From an uncultured Thermoprotei archaeon (GTDB lineage Archaea > Thermoproteota > Thermoprotei > Thermofilales > B15-G2), in the NCBI GenBank assembly GCA_965367815.1, contig CBDUKN010000002.1:96001-160000 (forward strand): a DNA stretch of 64,000 nucleotides. The letters run 5' to 3'. Shown here in pieces: positions 40,413 to 49,319 of the stretch (positions are counted from its first letter, which is position 1; the number at the start of each line of letters is the position of its first letter). The notes below the pieces were generated by a model that was given only the letters and a program-made list of their open reading frames with translations, was not told where the DNA came from and did not search any database. Both the position numbers and the translations under genes were made by a program.

Positions 40413-41519
40413 TCACCTTGATATGGCTTTCTTTTCTGATAATTCTTTTAATACTTCTTCGTATTCGTTTCGATCTACAGGAAGCGTTACTTCTTTTTTC
40501 TTTACGCTCGACAATATTATAGCATTTACTATTTCTAGAGATTTCAGAGCTTCTTCTCCTGTTACCATGGGTTCTTTGTCGAATAAAATTGCTTTAGCGA
40601 AATCTTCTAACACTACTTTATGTCCCCATTCGCGTTTAACTTCTTCTAGGCTTATTTTCTTTGAAGTATAGGTTGGTGACTCCCACTTGGCTAGTTTCTT
40701 TATTGACTCTTTTATTGGAATATTGTTGTAATAAATTGTGGCTACATCATTTTCGATTATTACAGCTTTTTCGTCTCCTCGTATTTCTATTCGTAGTTCG
40801 CCAGGTGTATCAATGCTACTTACTTGAATAGTGCCGAGTGCACCGTTTTCAAACTCTATTGCAGCCGAAGCAATGTCTTCTACTTCTATTTCATGAGCGA
40901 TAGTATTAATAAAAGCACGTATTCTTTTCACTGGAGTTTTTGTGAGCCATTGGAAAAGGTCTATGAAGTGTATTGCTTGATTTATTAGTACTCCTCCGCC
41001 TTCTGTTTTCCATTTTCCTCTCCAGGCAGCGCTTTGATAATATGACTGCGTTCTATAACATAGATAAGTTAGCTGTGCTCTCAGAAGCTCTCCTATGCCT
41101 TCTTCGTCTATAATTCTTTTTACCTCTTGGTAAAGAGGATTTGTTCGATTCTGGAATACCACAGCTAGTTTTACCCCCTTCTTTTTCGCCGCATTTATCA
41201 TTTCGTCTGCTTCTTTAACAGAAATAGCGATCGGCTTTTCGACCAAGACATGAGCTCCAGCTTTAATAGCATTTATTGTAATAGTGGCATGTAAAAAGTG
41301 CGGGACGCATACTGATACAGCATCCAGCTTTTCCTTCTCTATCATTTCGATATAATCGGTGTAAGTTTTTACTCCGTACTCTTCTTTAGCTTGAGCAAGA
41401 AATTGCTCGTTGACGTCAGCTACTGCCACAAGATCTAATTCGGGGATTTTCAGCGCACATTTGACGTGTTCTCTGCCTACGCCACCAATTCCAATTACGC
41501 CATACCTTATTTTACTCAA
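40413..41519 (-). CDS. Gfo/Idh/MocA oxidoreductase
   Basis: GIGGVG, VEKP, WRGKWKTEGGGVLINQAIHFID. Confidence 0.92.
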   Translation of the reverse strand: MSKIRYGVIGIGGVGREHVKCALKIPELDLVAVADVNEQFLAQAKEEYGVKTYTDYIEMIEKEKLDAVSVCVPHFLHATITINAIKAGAHVLVEKPIAISVKEADEMINAAKKKGVKLAVVFQNRTNPLYQEVKRIIDEEGIGELLRAQLTYLCYRTQSYYQSAAWRGKWKTEGGGVLINQAIHFIDLFQWLTKTPVKRIRAFINTIAHEIEVEDIASAAIEFENGALGTIQVSSIDTPGELRIEIRGDEKAVIIENDVATIYYNNIPIKESIKKLAKWESPTYTSKKISLEEVKREWGHKVVLEDFAKAILFDKEPMVTGEEALKSLEIVNAIILSSVKKKEVTLPVDRNEYEEVLKELSEKKAISR

Positions 41520-41567
41520 TGTTCTTCCCAGTAGTTGTCACACATAATACAAATAAATGACTTCTGC

Positions 41568-42212
41568 CTAAGAGGTCTTTTTCCTACATGGTTTGAAGAA
41601 ATATTTTTTCAAAAGCAGTTTTCCTGCCTCTATAAATCCTTCTTTTTTAGCTGTTTTAGCCACTTCTACCCAGTCTATTTTCGCTAATAAGTAGGTAGCT
41701 ATGAGACATAGTACTACGAGAATTATCGTTGACCACAAACTGTTTACACCCATATATTCGGTCATTAAATATAAATAACTTTTACTAAATATACATAAAC
41801 CTACGGTAAGGATGACTTTTCCTATAGTACAGGCAATAAAGTATTTTACTATGTCGTAGCCCATGAAGCCTACAGGAATATAGAGCAGATCATCGGGTAG
41901 AGGAGAAGCTGCAAAAAGTACTATTGCTAGGAAAAGGTATTTTTGTACAAGTTCTCTGAAAGCATCTAATCGGGCTTTCGTTTCCTTGCTAACAAATCTT
42001 CTAGTTAAGGAGGGAATCAAGTAGATTATTATTTTGCCTACAGCTGCACCTACGCCACTTATGATTCCCACTATTATGGGGTTTCCGCAGTTAGCTGCGT
42101 ACACAGCTACTACAAGGAGATAGGGCAAGCCTACGAAAGGTATTGAGTTGGCTATGAGTGATAGAATAAAGATTCCAAGTAGACCCATCTCTTCTAGTCC
42201 CTGTAAATACAC
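41568..42212 (-). CDS. VTT/DedA-family membrane protein
   Basis: NSIPFVGLPY, FAASPLPDD, GK motifs. Confidence 0.85.
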   Translation of the reverse strand: MYLQGLEEMGLLGIFILSLIANSIPFVGLPYLLVVAVYAANCGNPIIVGIISGVGAAVGKIIIYLIPSLTRRFVSKETKARLDAFRELVQKYLFLAIVLFAASPLPDDLLYIPVGFMGYDIVKYFIACTIGKVILTVGLCIFSKSYLYLMTEYMGVNSLWSTIILVVLCLIATYLLAKIDWVEVAKTAKKEGFIEAGKLLLKKYFFKPCRKKTS

Positions 42213-42314
42213 AAGTGGATTAGTGATTGGTTAAAATATAGCTTTCGAAAGACTTTTATTATATAATGAATCTAGGAAACCGTTAATACAATATTTTCTC
42301 TAATTTAGTTAAGT

Positions 42315-42968
42315 ATGAAGCCTATTATCATTAAGGTAGATCCTAAAAAGCCTAATCGAGATGCTTTACGTAGAGTTGCAAAAATTGTTAAAGCAGGAGG
42401 AGTTGTTGTTTATCCAACAGACACTGTTTATGGTCTTGGAGCAGATCCTTTTAACACTGAGGCTGTAGCTAGAGTCTATAGAGTAAAGAAAAGGAGCTTT
42501 CATAAACCTCTACCAGTGCTGGTTTCTGGCGTAGAGTATGCACGTGAAGTAGTCTATGTGTCTCCCTATGCCGAGAAATTAATGCAAGTTTTTTGGCCTG
42601 GGGCGTTAACTTTAGTTTTGCCCAAAAAAGAAAACGTACCAGATATAGTCTCCGGTGGAAAAAAGAATCTAGCTGTCCGCATGCCTAACCATATTGTAGC
42701 TTTAGCTCTAATAGAGCTTTGCGGAGGATGCCTTATAGGGACTAGCGCCAATATTTCAGGTAAAGAATCCCCTAGAACCCTGGAAGATGCCTTAGAACAG
42801 ATAGGTTCTGAAGTAGATGCTGCAGTTGACGCAGGACCCTGTCCTCATGGAATTCCTTCAACAATACTCGACTTAAGTAAGGAAAAACCGATTATTTTAA
42901 GAAAAGGTCCTATTTCTAAAGAAGAAATTGAGAAAGTTTTGAGAACTGAAATAGAGGTACTCAGTTAA
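42315..42968 (+). CDS. tsaC: L-threonylcarbamoyladenylate synthase (YrdC/TsaC domain)
   Basis: PTDTVYGL, K.R...KPL, WPGALT, VRMP, TSANISG, STILD. Confidence 0.92.
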   Translation: MKPIIIKVDPKKPNRDALRRVAKIVKAGGVVVYPTDTVYGLGADPFNTEAVARVYRVKKRSFHKPLPVLVSGVEYAREVVYVSPYAEKLMQVFWPGALTLVLPKKENVPDIVSGGKKNLAVRMPNHIVALALIELCGGCLIGTSANISGKESPRTLEDALEQIGSEVDAAVDAGPCPHGIPSTILDLSKEKPIILRKGPISKEEIEKVLRTEIEVLS

Positions 42969-43001
42969 TAAGACCCTAGTCGCTAGGTTTTTATCGCATT
43001 A

Positions 43002-43442
43002 ATGTTTCACTTTCCTGTGGACGCGCCGCAAACTCATTTAAAAGCAAACAGCGATCTTCTAGGAAAGCCTATAGAAATAGTAACTGAAGATCATTCTGTA
43101 GTAGAGCTGAAAACTTGCGAAGAAATGGTAGTTGACGAAAAAGGGCTTATTCACGGAGGCTTTATTTTCGGCCTTGCTGATTACGCTGCTATGCTAGCAG
43201 TAAATCACCCATACGTTGTCTTAAAGAAAGCTGAAGTTAAGTTTATAAGACCGGTAAAAGTCGGCTCAACTCTATTAGCTGAAGCTAAAGTTGTTGCGAG
43301 AACACTAAACACTAAAGGAAGAGAAGAAAGACTAGTTGAAGCTATTGTAAAGCGCAAAGAAGATGGAGTGAGAGTATTTGAAGGAAAATTTACTTGCGTT
43401 ATTCTACCTAAACATGTTCTAGACCTTGTAAAGGAAAAATAG
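43002..43442 (+). CDS. PaaI-like hotdog-fold thioesterase
   Basis: GLIHGGFIFGLADYAAM, KFIRPVKVG. Confidence 0.88.
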   Translation: MFHFPVDAPQTHLKANSDLLGKPIEIVTEDHSVVELKTCEEMVVDEKGLIHGGFIFGLADYAAMLAVNHPYVVLKKAEVKFIRPVKVGSTLLAEAKVVARTLNTKGREERLVEAIVKRKEDGVRVFEGKFTCVILPKHVLDLVKEK

Positions 43443-43947
43443 CTATTTTTCTATACCTATCTCCGGCCTCGTAGTATATTAATTCCTTAACTGTAGTTGT
43501 TACCGATATTTTTTCACAGGCTTTTAGTATTTTCTCAGCTATTTTTGATGCATAAACGTAGTCTTTACCTCTGTATCTAGCGAAAGTTGCGTGAGGTAGA
43601 AAGTTCTCTAAGTACTTGTCCGATATTTTTATTCCATGCTTATTACAAAAATCAATTAGAGCTATTCTAAGTTCTTTTATTTTTTCTTCACCATATGTAA
43701 TTTTCGCGGCAATTACTCTAGGCTTTGTGAGTGATGGTATTGGTATAGCTCCTTTTAAAACTACTTTAAATTGCTGAAAACACAGTAAGTATAGTGAAAG
43801 CTCCCTTAATAGGTACCGCGGTATTTTTGTTTTACCTAAATAGAGTAAAGTTATATGATGTTTTTCTACAGGCTCTTTAATAAAAGGAGGTTTTACTTGA
43901 CTGCAGAAAAGTGATAAATCTACTTCTATTCCTATGAAAAACGTCAT
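43408..43947 (-). CDS. thpR: RNA 2',3'-cyclic phosphodiesterase (2H family, ThpR/LigT-like)
   Basis: Two HxT motifs (HITL, PHATF); FFIGI; PRVI. Confidence 0.8.
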   Translation of the reverse strand: MTFFIGIEVDLSLFCSQVKPPFIKEPVEKHHITLLYLGKTKIPRYLLRELSLYLLCFQQFKVVLKGAIPIPSLTKPRVIAAKITYGEEKIKELRIALIDFCNKHGIKISDKYLENFLPHATFARYRGKDYVYASKIAEKILKACEKISVTTTVKELIYYEAGDRYRKIAIFPLQGLEHV

Positions 43948-43949
43948 CG

Positions 43950-45209
43950 TTAGGGTATAAGTCTGTGAATGTCTCGTGGAAATAGCACTACTTCTCTTAC
44001 GTTGTTGAAGCCGAGCATTTTTATCAGTAGTCTTTCGAGGCCTAGACCAAAGCCTCCGTGGGGAGGCATGCCGTACTTAAATGCGTTTAGATAGAATTCA
44101 AAGTCCTCGGGACTAAGTCCTTTATCTTTAATGTTTTTAACTAGCTCTTCGTATCTGTGTTCTCTTTGTCCTCCCGAAGCAATTTCTAGACCTTTATAGT
44201 CTAAGTCGAATGCTTCGCTAAGCTCGCCTTTCCTCATAATATAGAAGGGTTTTACTTCCCAAGGATACTCTACAATGAAGTATAGCTCGTGTCCCTCTTT
44301 CAGCATTTCTTCTCCTAGAGCAGCTTCCTCGCGGTCGCTGAAATCTTCGCCCCACTTCACCTCAATTCCTTTATTTTTCAATATTTCCAATGCTTCTTTA
44401 TATGTCAGTCTTTTGAAAGGCTTTGATGGTACATTAACTTTCACATTTAATATTTCTAATTCCTTTGCACACTCTTTTGATACCTTGCTTATTATGTAAT
44501 GCACTAGGTCTTCTAATACTCTCATTACATCTTCTTGAGATTCTATGAACGCTAGTTCGCAGTCTATGCCCCAGCATTCGTTTAAGTGTCTCGTTGTATG
44601 GAATTTTTCTGCTCTAAAATATGGTGTTATTTCATATACTCGTGGAATTCCAGCCATAAGCATTTGCTTATAGAGCTGAGGGCTTTGAGCTAGGAAAGCT
44701 TTTCTACCAAAATAGTCTAATGTGAATAGCGTAGCTCCTCCTTCAGCGCCAGCTCCACATATTTTGGGGGTGTGTACTTCGAGAAACCTTCTTTCTTCGA
44801 AGAACTCTCTGGCAAACTTTAGGGCTTTAGCTCTTATTTTGAAAATAGCTCTTTCTTTTAGTGTTCTTAGGAGAAAGTACCTGTACTCTAACCTGGTGTC
44901 AAAGAGAATTTCCGTTTTTCCGCTGGGGTCTACAGGCAGCACGTCCACAGGATTTGATACAATTTCTATTTCTCTTGCAAGGAGTTCTACTCCTTTGCGG
45001 CTTACTGCTTTTTCCGGAATAATTCCTGTGACTTTTATTGCCGCACCTAATTTAGCCTTTTTTGCAGTCTTCCAGGCGTCTCTAGAAAAGTTTTTCTTTG
45101 CTACTACTGTAATTATTTTTAGGTCTGTATTTGGAATTACTTCTAGGAAAACTATTCCTCCAATATCCTTTTTCTCATTTATATATCCAAGTATTTTCGC
45201 TTCAGACAT
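43950..45209 (-). CDS. aspS: Aspartyl-tRNA synthetase (archaeal type)
   Basis: AEGGA, LAQSPQLYKQ, FRAE, EIASGGQREH, GMPPHGGFGLG, FPRD. Confidence 0.95.
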   Translation of the reverse strand: MSEAKILGYINEKKDIGGIVFLEVIPNTDLKIITVVAKKNFSRDAWKTAKKAKLGAAIKVTGIIPEKAVSRKGVELLAREIEIVSNPVDVLPVDPSGKTEILFDTRLEYRYFLLRTLKERAIFKIRAKALKFAREFFEERRFLEVHTPKICGAGAEGGATLFTLDYFGRKAFLAQSPQLYKQMLMAGIPRVYEITPYFRAEKFHTTRHLNECWGIDCELAFIESQEDVMRVLEDLVHYIISKVSKECAKELEILNVKVNVPSKPFKRLTYKEALEILKNKGIEVKWGEDFSDREEAALGEEMLKEGHELYFIVEYPWEVKPFYIMRKGELSEAFDLDYKGLEIASGGQREHRYEELVKNIKDKGLSPEDFEFYLNAFKYGMPPHGGFGLGLERLLIKMLGFNNVREVVLFPRDIHRLIP

Positions 45210-45222
45210 AGTTTTACCTCTT

Positions 45223-46620
45223 TTATACCAATTTCTCAGATTTTAGCTTATTAACGAGTTCCTCAGCTATTTTAATTGCTTTCTCATATAGTTCCCTCGA
45301 AATCAAATTTTCTTCTAAATACATGTCGAGCTCCTTGCGGTCTATTATTTTGGGTTCGCTATCTCTTGTTCGAACAACATCTACTGCTAAGTCTATGTAC
45401 TTTATTTCATCGAACGAAATTTCTGGAGGTGTAGATATGCTTATGTATACCCCCTTAAGGTCTCCATTTTTCGAGAAATACTTATGGACAACATACCATT
45501 CTCTAGTATTTACTTCCATTAGATCATAGTCTCCCGGCTCTTTCGCTATATTTAAGCCGTCATATACTCCCTTCGATGTAAAGACTCTTTTCAATATTAC
45601 TCCGTTTTCTAGTACATCTACGACAATTCCAGGGGTTAATTTAATTACTTCTCCCGATAACTTTATGTGTTTTATTGATATTTTTCTTCCTCTCAAGAAA
45701 CTTATATGTAGTTTTTCTAATTTTTCTTCAATGTATTTCCTCAGATCTTCGTCGAGAGAAGCCATATGCTCTAGAAAGTCAGTTACTACCGAAGACACAG
45801 TACCACTCGACTTAAATGCGTGATGCCCATCTATTGTATAAAGTACTTCTTTTCGAGCTTTATCTAGTTCTCGTTTGGCCTGCGAAGCGAAGAGAACTTC
45901 AGCTATGCTTTCTCCTTCAGAAATTTTCGCCGGAGCTTCGGCATTTTTCGCAGCTTTTTCTAGCTCAAGAGCTTTTTCGTAAGCTTTTTTAAGAGCCTCA
46001 CTTAGCTGAAGCAAATCTGCGTACTGCGCCGAACTTCTCCATTTAACACAGTATCCTGATACATTCATTGAATACGCTAGAGTTAAGAGTTCCTTCCTTT
46101 TCTCAGGATCTCTTATGTGTTCACTTAACTTAATGCCGCCTCTCGGCAAAAGAGTCACGTATGGTTGTACTACAGCCACTCCTTCCGAAAGTTCTACATA
46201 CTCTTTTTTAGAAAATGTAGGCTTTCTCACATATACTGTTATTTCACTTCCAACAGGATAGAATCCTCTGAGCTTACCGTAGATTCCCGGAGAAATTTCT
46301 ACTATACTCTCATTTCCTTTAACTTCTCTAACTACGCCTCTAAAAGTAGACCTCAACTCTACTACAGCCTTTCTTGTAAAAACACCTTCTATCTCGCCTA
46401 TTTTTGTTAGAAAATCTTTCACAGCTTCAGGCCTACCAATAACTAATACACCCTCTTTATGATCTAGGTCCTTTACTGTTAAGTCGGGAGGAGCCCTGTC
46501 AAACTCTATATTGAACCTCTCTCTGATAGGCTCTGTTGCTTGCACTATTCTGTAACCCCATTTTTGAGCAAGATTTGTTAATGCAGTAGCGTAAATACCA
46601 CGTATCCTTATTTTAAACAT
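45223..46620 (-). CDS. FAU-1 AU-binding RNA-binding protein/RNase (DUF402)
   Basis: IRIRGIYATAL, WRSSA, GHH, GVYDGL, YIDLAVDVV; likely start ATG 46620. Confidence 0.9.
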   Translation of the reverse strand: MFKIRIRGIYATALTNLAQKWGYRIVQATEPIRERFNIEFDRAPPDLTVKDLDHKEGVLVIGRPEAVKDFLTKIGEIEGVFTRKAVVELRSTFRGVVREVKGNESIVEISPGIYGKLRGFYPVGSEITVYVRKPTFSKKEYVELSEGVAVVQPYVTLLPRGGIKLSEHIRDPEKRKELLTLAYSMNVSGYCVKWRSSAQYADLLQLSEALKKAYEKALELEKAAKNAEAPAKISEGESIAEVLFASQAKRELDKARKEVLYTIDGHHAFKSSGTVSSVVTDFLEHMASLDEDLRKYIEEKLEKLHISFLRGRKISIKHIKLSGEVIKLTPGIVVDVLENGVILKRVFTSKGVYDGLNIAKEPGDYDLMEVNTREWYVVHKYFSKNGDLKGVYISISTPPEISFDEIKYIDLAVDVVRTRDSEPKIIDRKELDMYLEENLISRELYEKAIKIAEELVNKLKSEKLV

Positions 46621-46750
46621 TGTCACTCCACCCCACCTATGCACTGTTAGTTCTCAGCTCACACTAGACAGGATACTCTATAATAGTCAATTGACCTCAA
46701 ATAAGCATTTTGAAGTAATTCAACCTTAACTAAACTAATATAACTCATTA

Positions 46751-46799
46751 TCAGCTGCCGACGTGACCTCATCTCTCGGGCTCGCAGATACTTCATCAT
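46751..46799 (-). ncRNA. C/D box methylation guide sRNA
   Basis: ATGATGA-AGTATCTGCGAGC-CCGA-GA-GATGA-GGTCACGTCGGCAG-CTGA, intergenic and GC-rich. Confidence 0.85.
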
Positions 46800-46953
46800 T
46801 AAATAGGCTACCGTACTACTATCGATTTTAAAATATATTTACCTATGATCATTTTTGGCTATAGTGCTTTGGAGGATTTCTATCAGAGCGAGCGATCTTG
46901 CTCTTGGGGTTAGTTTATAATTGCTTTCTTTTAGTCCACCAGTATAGGAATCT

Positions 46954-47253
46954 TTATGGTACTCTCCTTAAGCTTTCCTCTACAAGAACAATTACTGTGT
47001 CTCTTCTCCTATTAATCCACGAGCCAAGCACTCTACCCTCTACCTTATACTCCCTCGGTAACTTGTATTCAAGCCACTCGTCGCTTTCTGGCGGCGGAGG
47101 CTCCTCACCAAAAACATCAAACCAGTCTTCAAACGCATAAACACTCAGAGAGTACCCGCCACACTCGCACCTATACTCCTCGTCAAGAACCCATGCACCG
47201 TATACTCTAAATCTATGCACTGTACCACTAAAAGGCTCCACATACTCAACCAC
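46954..47253 (-). CDS. Hypothetical protein, possibly 5'-truncated remnant
   Basis: Frame stays open about 46 codons upstream (to about 47391) without ATG/GTG/TTG; G/T-rich codon usage unlike neighbours. Confidence 0.45.
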   Translation of the reverse strand: MVEYVEPFSGTVHRFRVYGAWVLDEEYRCECGGYSLSVYAFEDWFDVFGEEPPPPESDEWLEYKLPREYKVEGRVLGSWINRRRDTVIVLVEESLRRVP

Positions 47254-47503
47254 CCTACTACACTTCTCCCTAAGCCTCTCTATTTCCTCTAAATCAAAAA
47301 ACTCGTCACGATAACGCTCAGGAATACTATCAACTATTTTCGATAAAATTCTAGCAAGTGCTACTAGTATAGTTTTCAGTAAGTAAATACATTAACATTG
47401 CTTGGTTTTATGTCAAATATACTTTACTAGCACTTACTTTAACAGAAAGTATTACTAACGAAAGTAGTAGAATTAGTAGGAGGACTGCGTATCTAGCTAG
47501 GAA

Positions 47504-47639
47504 CAGAGGGGCTTACTTCTCAGCCACTAAAAGCTCCCGTGACGAAACCCCCAGCCTCCGGGATGAAGGTGGGTGTTTTCGATGAAACAGGGGGAATGAA
47601 CCAGACCCCCTCAGAGAAAACCCCACCCAAAAACCGGAG
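47504..47639 (+). ncRNA. Structured RNA with stacked K-turn/K-loop motifs (H/ACA-like or novel)
   Basis: Nested stems CTCCGG/CCGGAG, GGTGGG-G-TTTTC/GAAAAC-CCCACC, AGGGGG/CCCCCT with GATGA/CAGA internal loop and AATGA-ACCA-GA apical loop. Confidence 0.6.
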
Positions 47640-47641
47640 AC

Positions 47642-47697
47642 TCAGGACACAAGCGTTTTCTTCATCGATGTTTATCTGACGACCCAGCGCTCATCAT
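47642..47697 (-). ncRNA. C/D box methylation guide sRNA
   Basis: ATGATGA-GCGCTGGGTCGT-CAGA-..-ATGAAGA-AAACGCTTGTGTC-CTGA. Confidence 0.8.
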
Positions 47698-47786
47698 CGT
47701 TCTGTGTATTCTATTCATACGACAACTATATTTCTTACTTATATGGCTCGATTTTCGGAAAGTAATTTTCCGAATAGTACAATTTT

Positions 47787-49319
47787 TTGATGAATATTCA
47801 ATACTCTTCGTTGCCGAACATAACATCAATAGCATCCGATATACCTTGCGTAATTTACTGTACTTTAGCAGTCGCTTTTTGCGTGATTATAGTCTTGCTT
47901 TTAAATAAAGTGTTTAAGTGGTCACTAGTAGGCCGCTACTTTATTGTATCAGTAATTCCGTTTTTTACGATAGATTTATCTAAACACATATGTATACTCG
48001 GCTCTAGTGGTAGCGGTAAAAGTAATACTGCACGACTACTTGCATTAAAAATTTCAAAGAAATATCCTGTGCTTATATTAGATTGGCATGGAGAACATGT
48101 CGGATTAAATGGATTTAAGGTACTTATTCCTGGTATTAACTTTTTTATTAATCCTATAAAGATTAGAAGTAAAAATACTGTTGACGAGATAAATTTAATT
48201 ATAGATATAATAAGTGAAGTTTTCTATCTTACTGACCCTCAGCGATATATTTTATATGAAGCACTGAAAAATATTATAATTAATAAACAAGAACAAAATA
48301 TATATAATCTTATAAAATCTGTTGAAAATTATCAAATTAAAAGTATTAAGGAGAATGAAATAAAATTAGCTATATTAAGAAGACTAAAGCCGTTATCCGA
48401 GGGAAGACTTGGCTTAATGTTGTCCAAAGATATTGACTTTGAAAAAATACTTTCTGGAAATTTTATAATAGATTTAAGTGTATTTAAAAGTATATACTTA
48501 AGAAAATTGGTTGCATTAATTATATTAAAGACTTTGTATAATTATTTAATGCGAAAAGGTCCCTCTTATAGTACAAGACATATTACCATTATCGAGGAAG
48601 CTTCCAATATAATCCCTCCCCGAAGGCTAGAAGACCCTCCTTCAGTTGGAGAAAGAATGTATATTGAATTGAGAAAATATGGAGAAATATTGATTTCAAT
48701 AGCACAGAGTCCTGAGCTTATAGCACCTACGGTACTTGAAAATACGCACACTTTTATAATTCATAGACTACCTTTATTTTCTAAAAAATTAGGAAAAGAG
48801 AATATTGATGTAGACTCTCTGAAAGTATTTGAGGCATATTTGATTTCAGGTAGTCGATTAATCAAATACAAGTTTCCTAGAATCCAAGTAAACAATCTTT
48901 CAGTAGTTATTGCGAGAAATTTTGTAGATAATGCAGTACCTGCAGAGAACCTTGTTCAAGACACTGCTTCTAGTGAAGAGCCTAAGCCTAATTTTTGCAA
49001 TACTTCCACTTCGTCTAATTTAATTAAAAGTCAACCTGCTAAAAGCACCGAATTCACTAAATCTGAAAATATGGGAAAAAGCCTTAATGCTTTTAGCGAG
49101 CAGCTAAGAGTTTTAGCCGAACGAATAGAGCGAATAGAGCGCCGCGTTGCTGCTAATTCTTCTAGCTTTGAGAGAATATTCAGCTTAATTGAAGTTCTCG
49201 AAGGAAGAGTAAATGTCATTGAAAGTAAGTTAGCGAGAACTGAAAGAACTCTCAGGAAAATTGTAGACTACTTGGAGTACCGTGAGCAGCTTCGCTCGAT
49301 GCGTGGTGAGGAAGTGTGA
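47787..49319 (+). CDS. Membrane-anchored HerA/VirB4-like (DUF87, CedB-like) ATPase with C-terminal coiled coil
   Basis: N-terminal TM, KHICILGSSGSGKSN, LILDWHGE, IIEEA, ELRKYG, AQSP. Confidence 0.85.
   Translation: MMNIQYSSLPNITSIASDIPCVIYCTLAVAFCVIIVLLLNKVFKWSLVGRYFIVSVIPFFTIDLSKHICILGSSGSGKSNTARLLALKISKKYPVLILDWHGEHVGLNGFKVLIPGINFFINPIKIRSKNTVDEINLIIDIISEVFYLTDPQRYILYEALKNIIINKQEQNIYNLIKSVENYQIKSIKENEIKLAILRRLKPLSEGRLGLMLSKDIDFEKILSGNFIIDLSVFKSIYLRKLVALIILKTLYNYLMRKGPSYSTRHITIIEEASNIIPPRRLEDPPSVGERMYIELRKYGEILISIAQSPELIAPTVLENTHTFIIHRLPLFSKKLGKENIDVDSLKVFEAYLISGSRLIKYKFPRIQVNNLSVVIARNFVDNAVPAENLVQDTASSEEPKPNFCNTSTSSNLIKSQPAKSTEFTKSENMGKSLNAFSEQLRVLAERIERIERRVAANSSSFERIFSLIEVLEGRVNVIESKLARTERTLRKIVDYLEYREQLRSMRGEEV

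Noticed and set aside
47500-47556. RNase P RNA (GAACAGAGGGGCTTA resembles CR-V; GACGAAACCCC resembles CR-I), possibly permuted
   Set aside because: P4 pairing does not work and CR-IV and P1/P2 were not found; an Infernal scan would settle it
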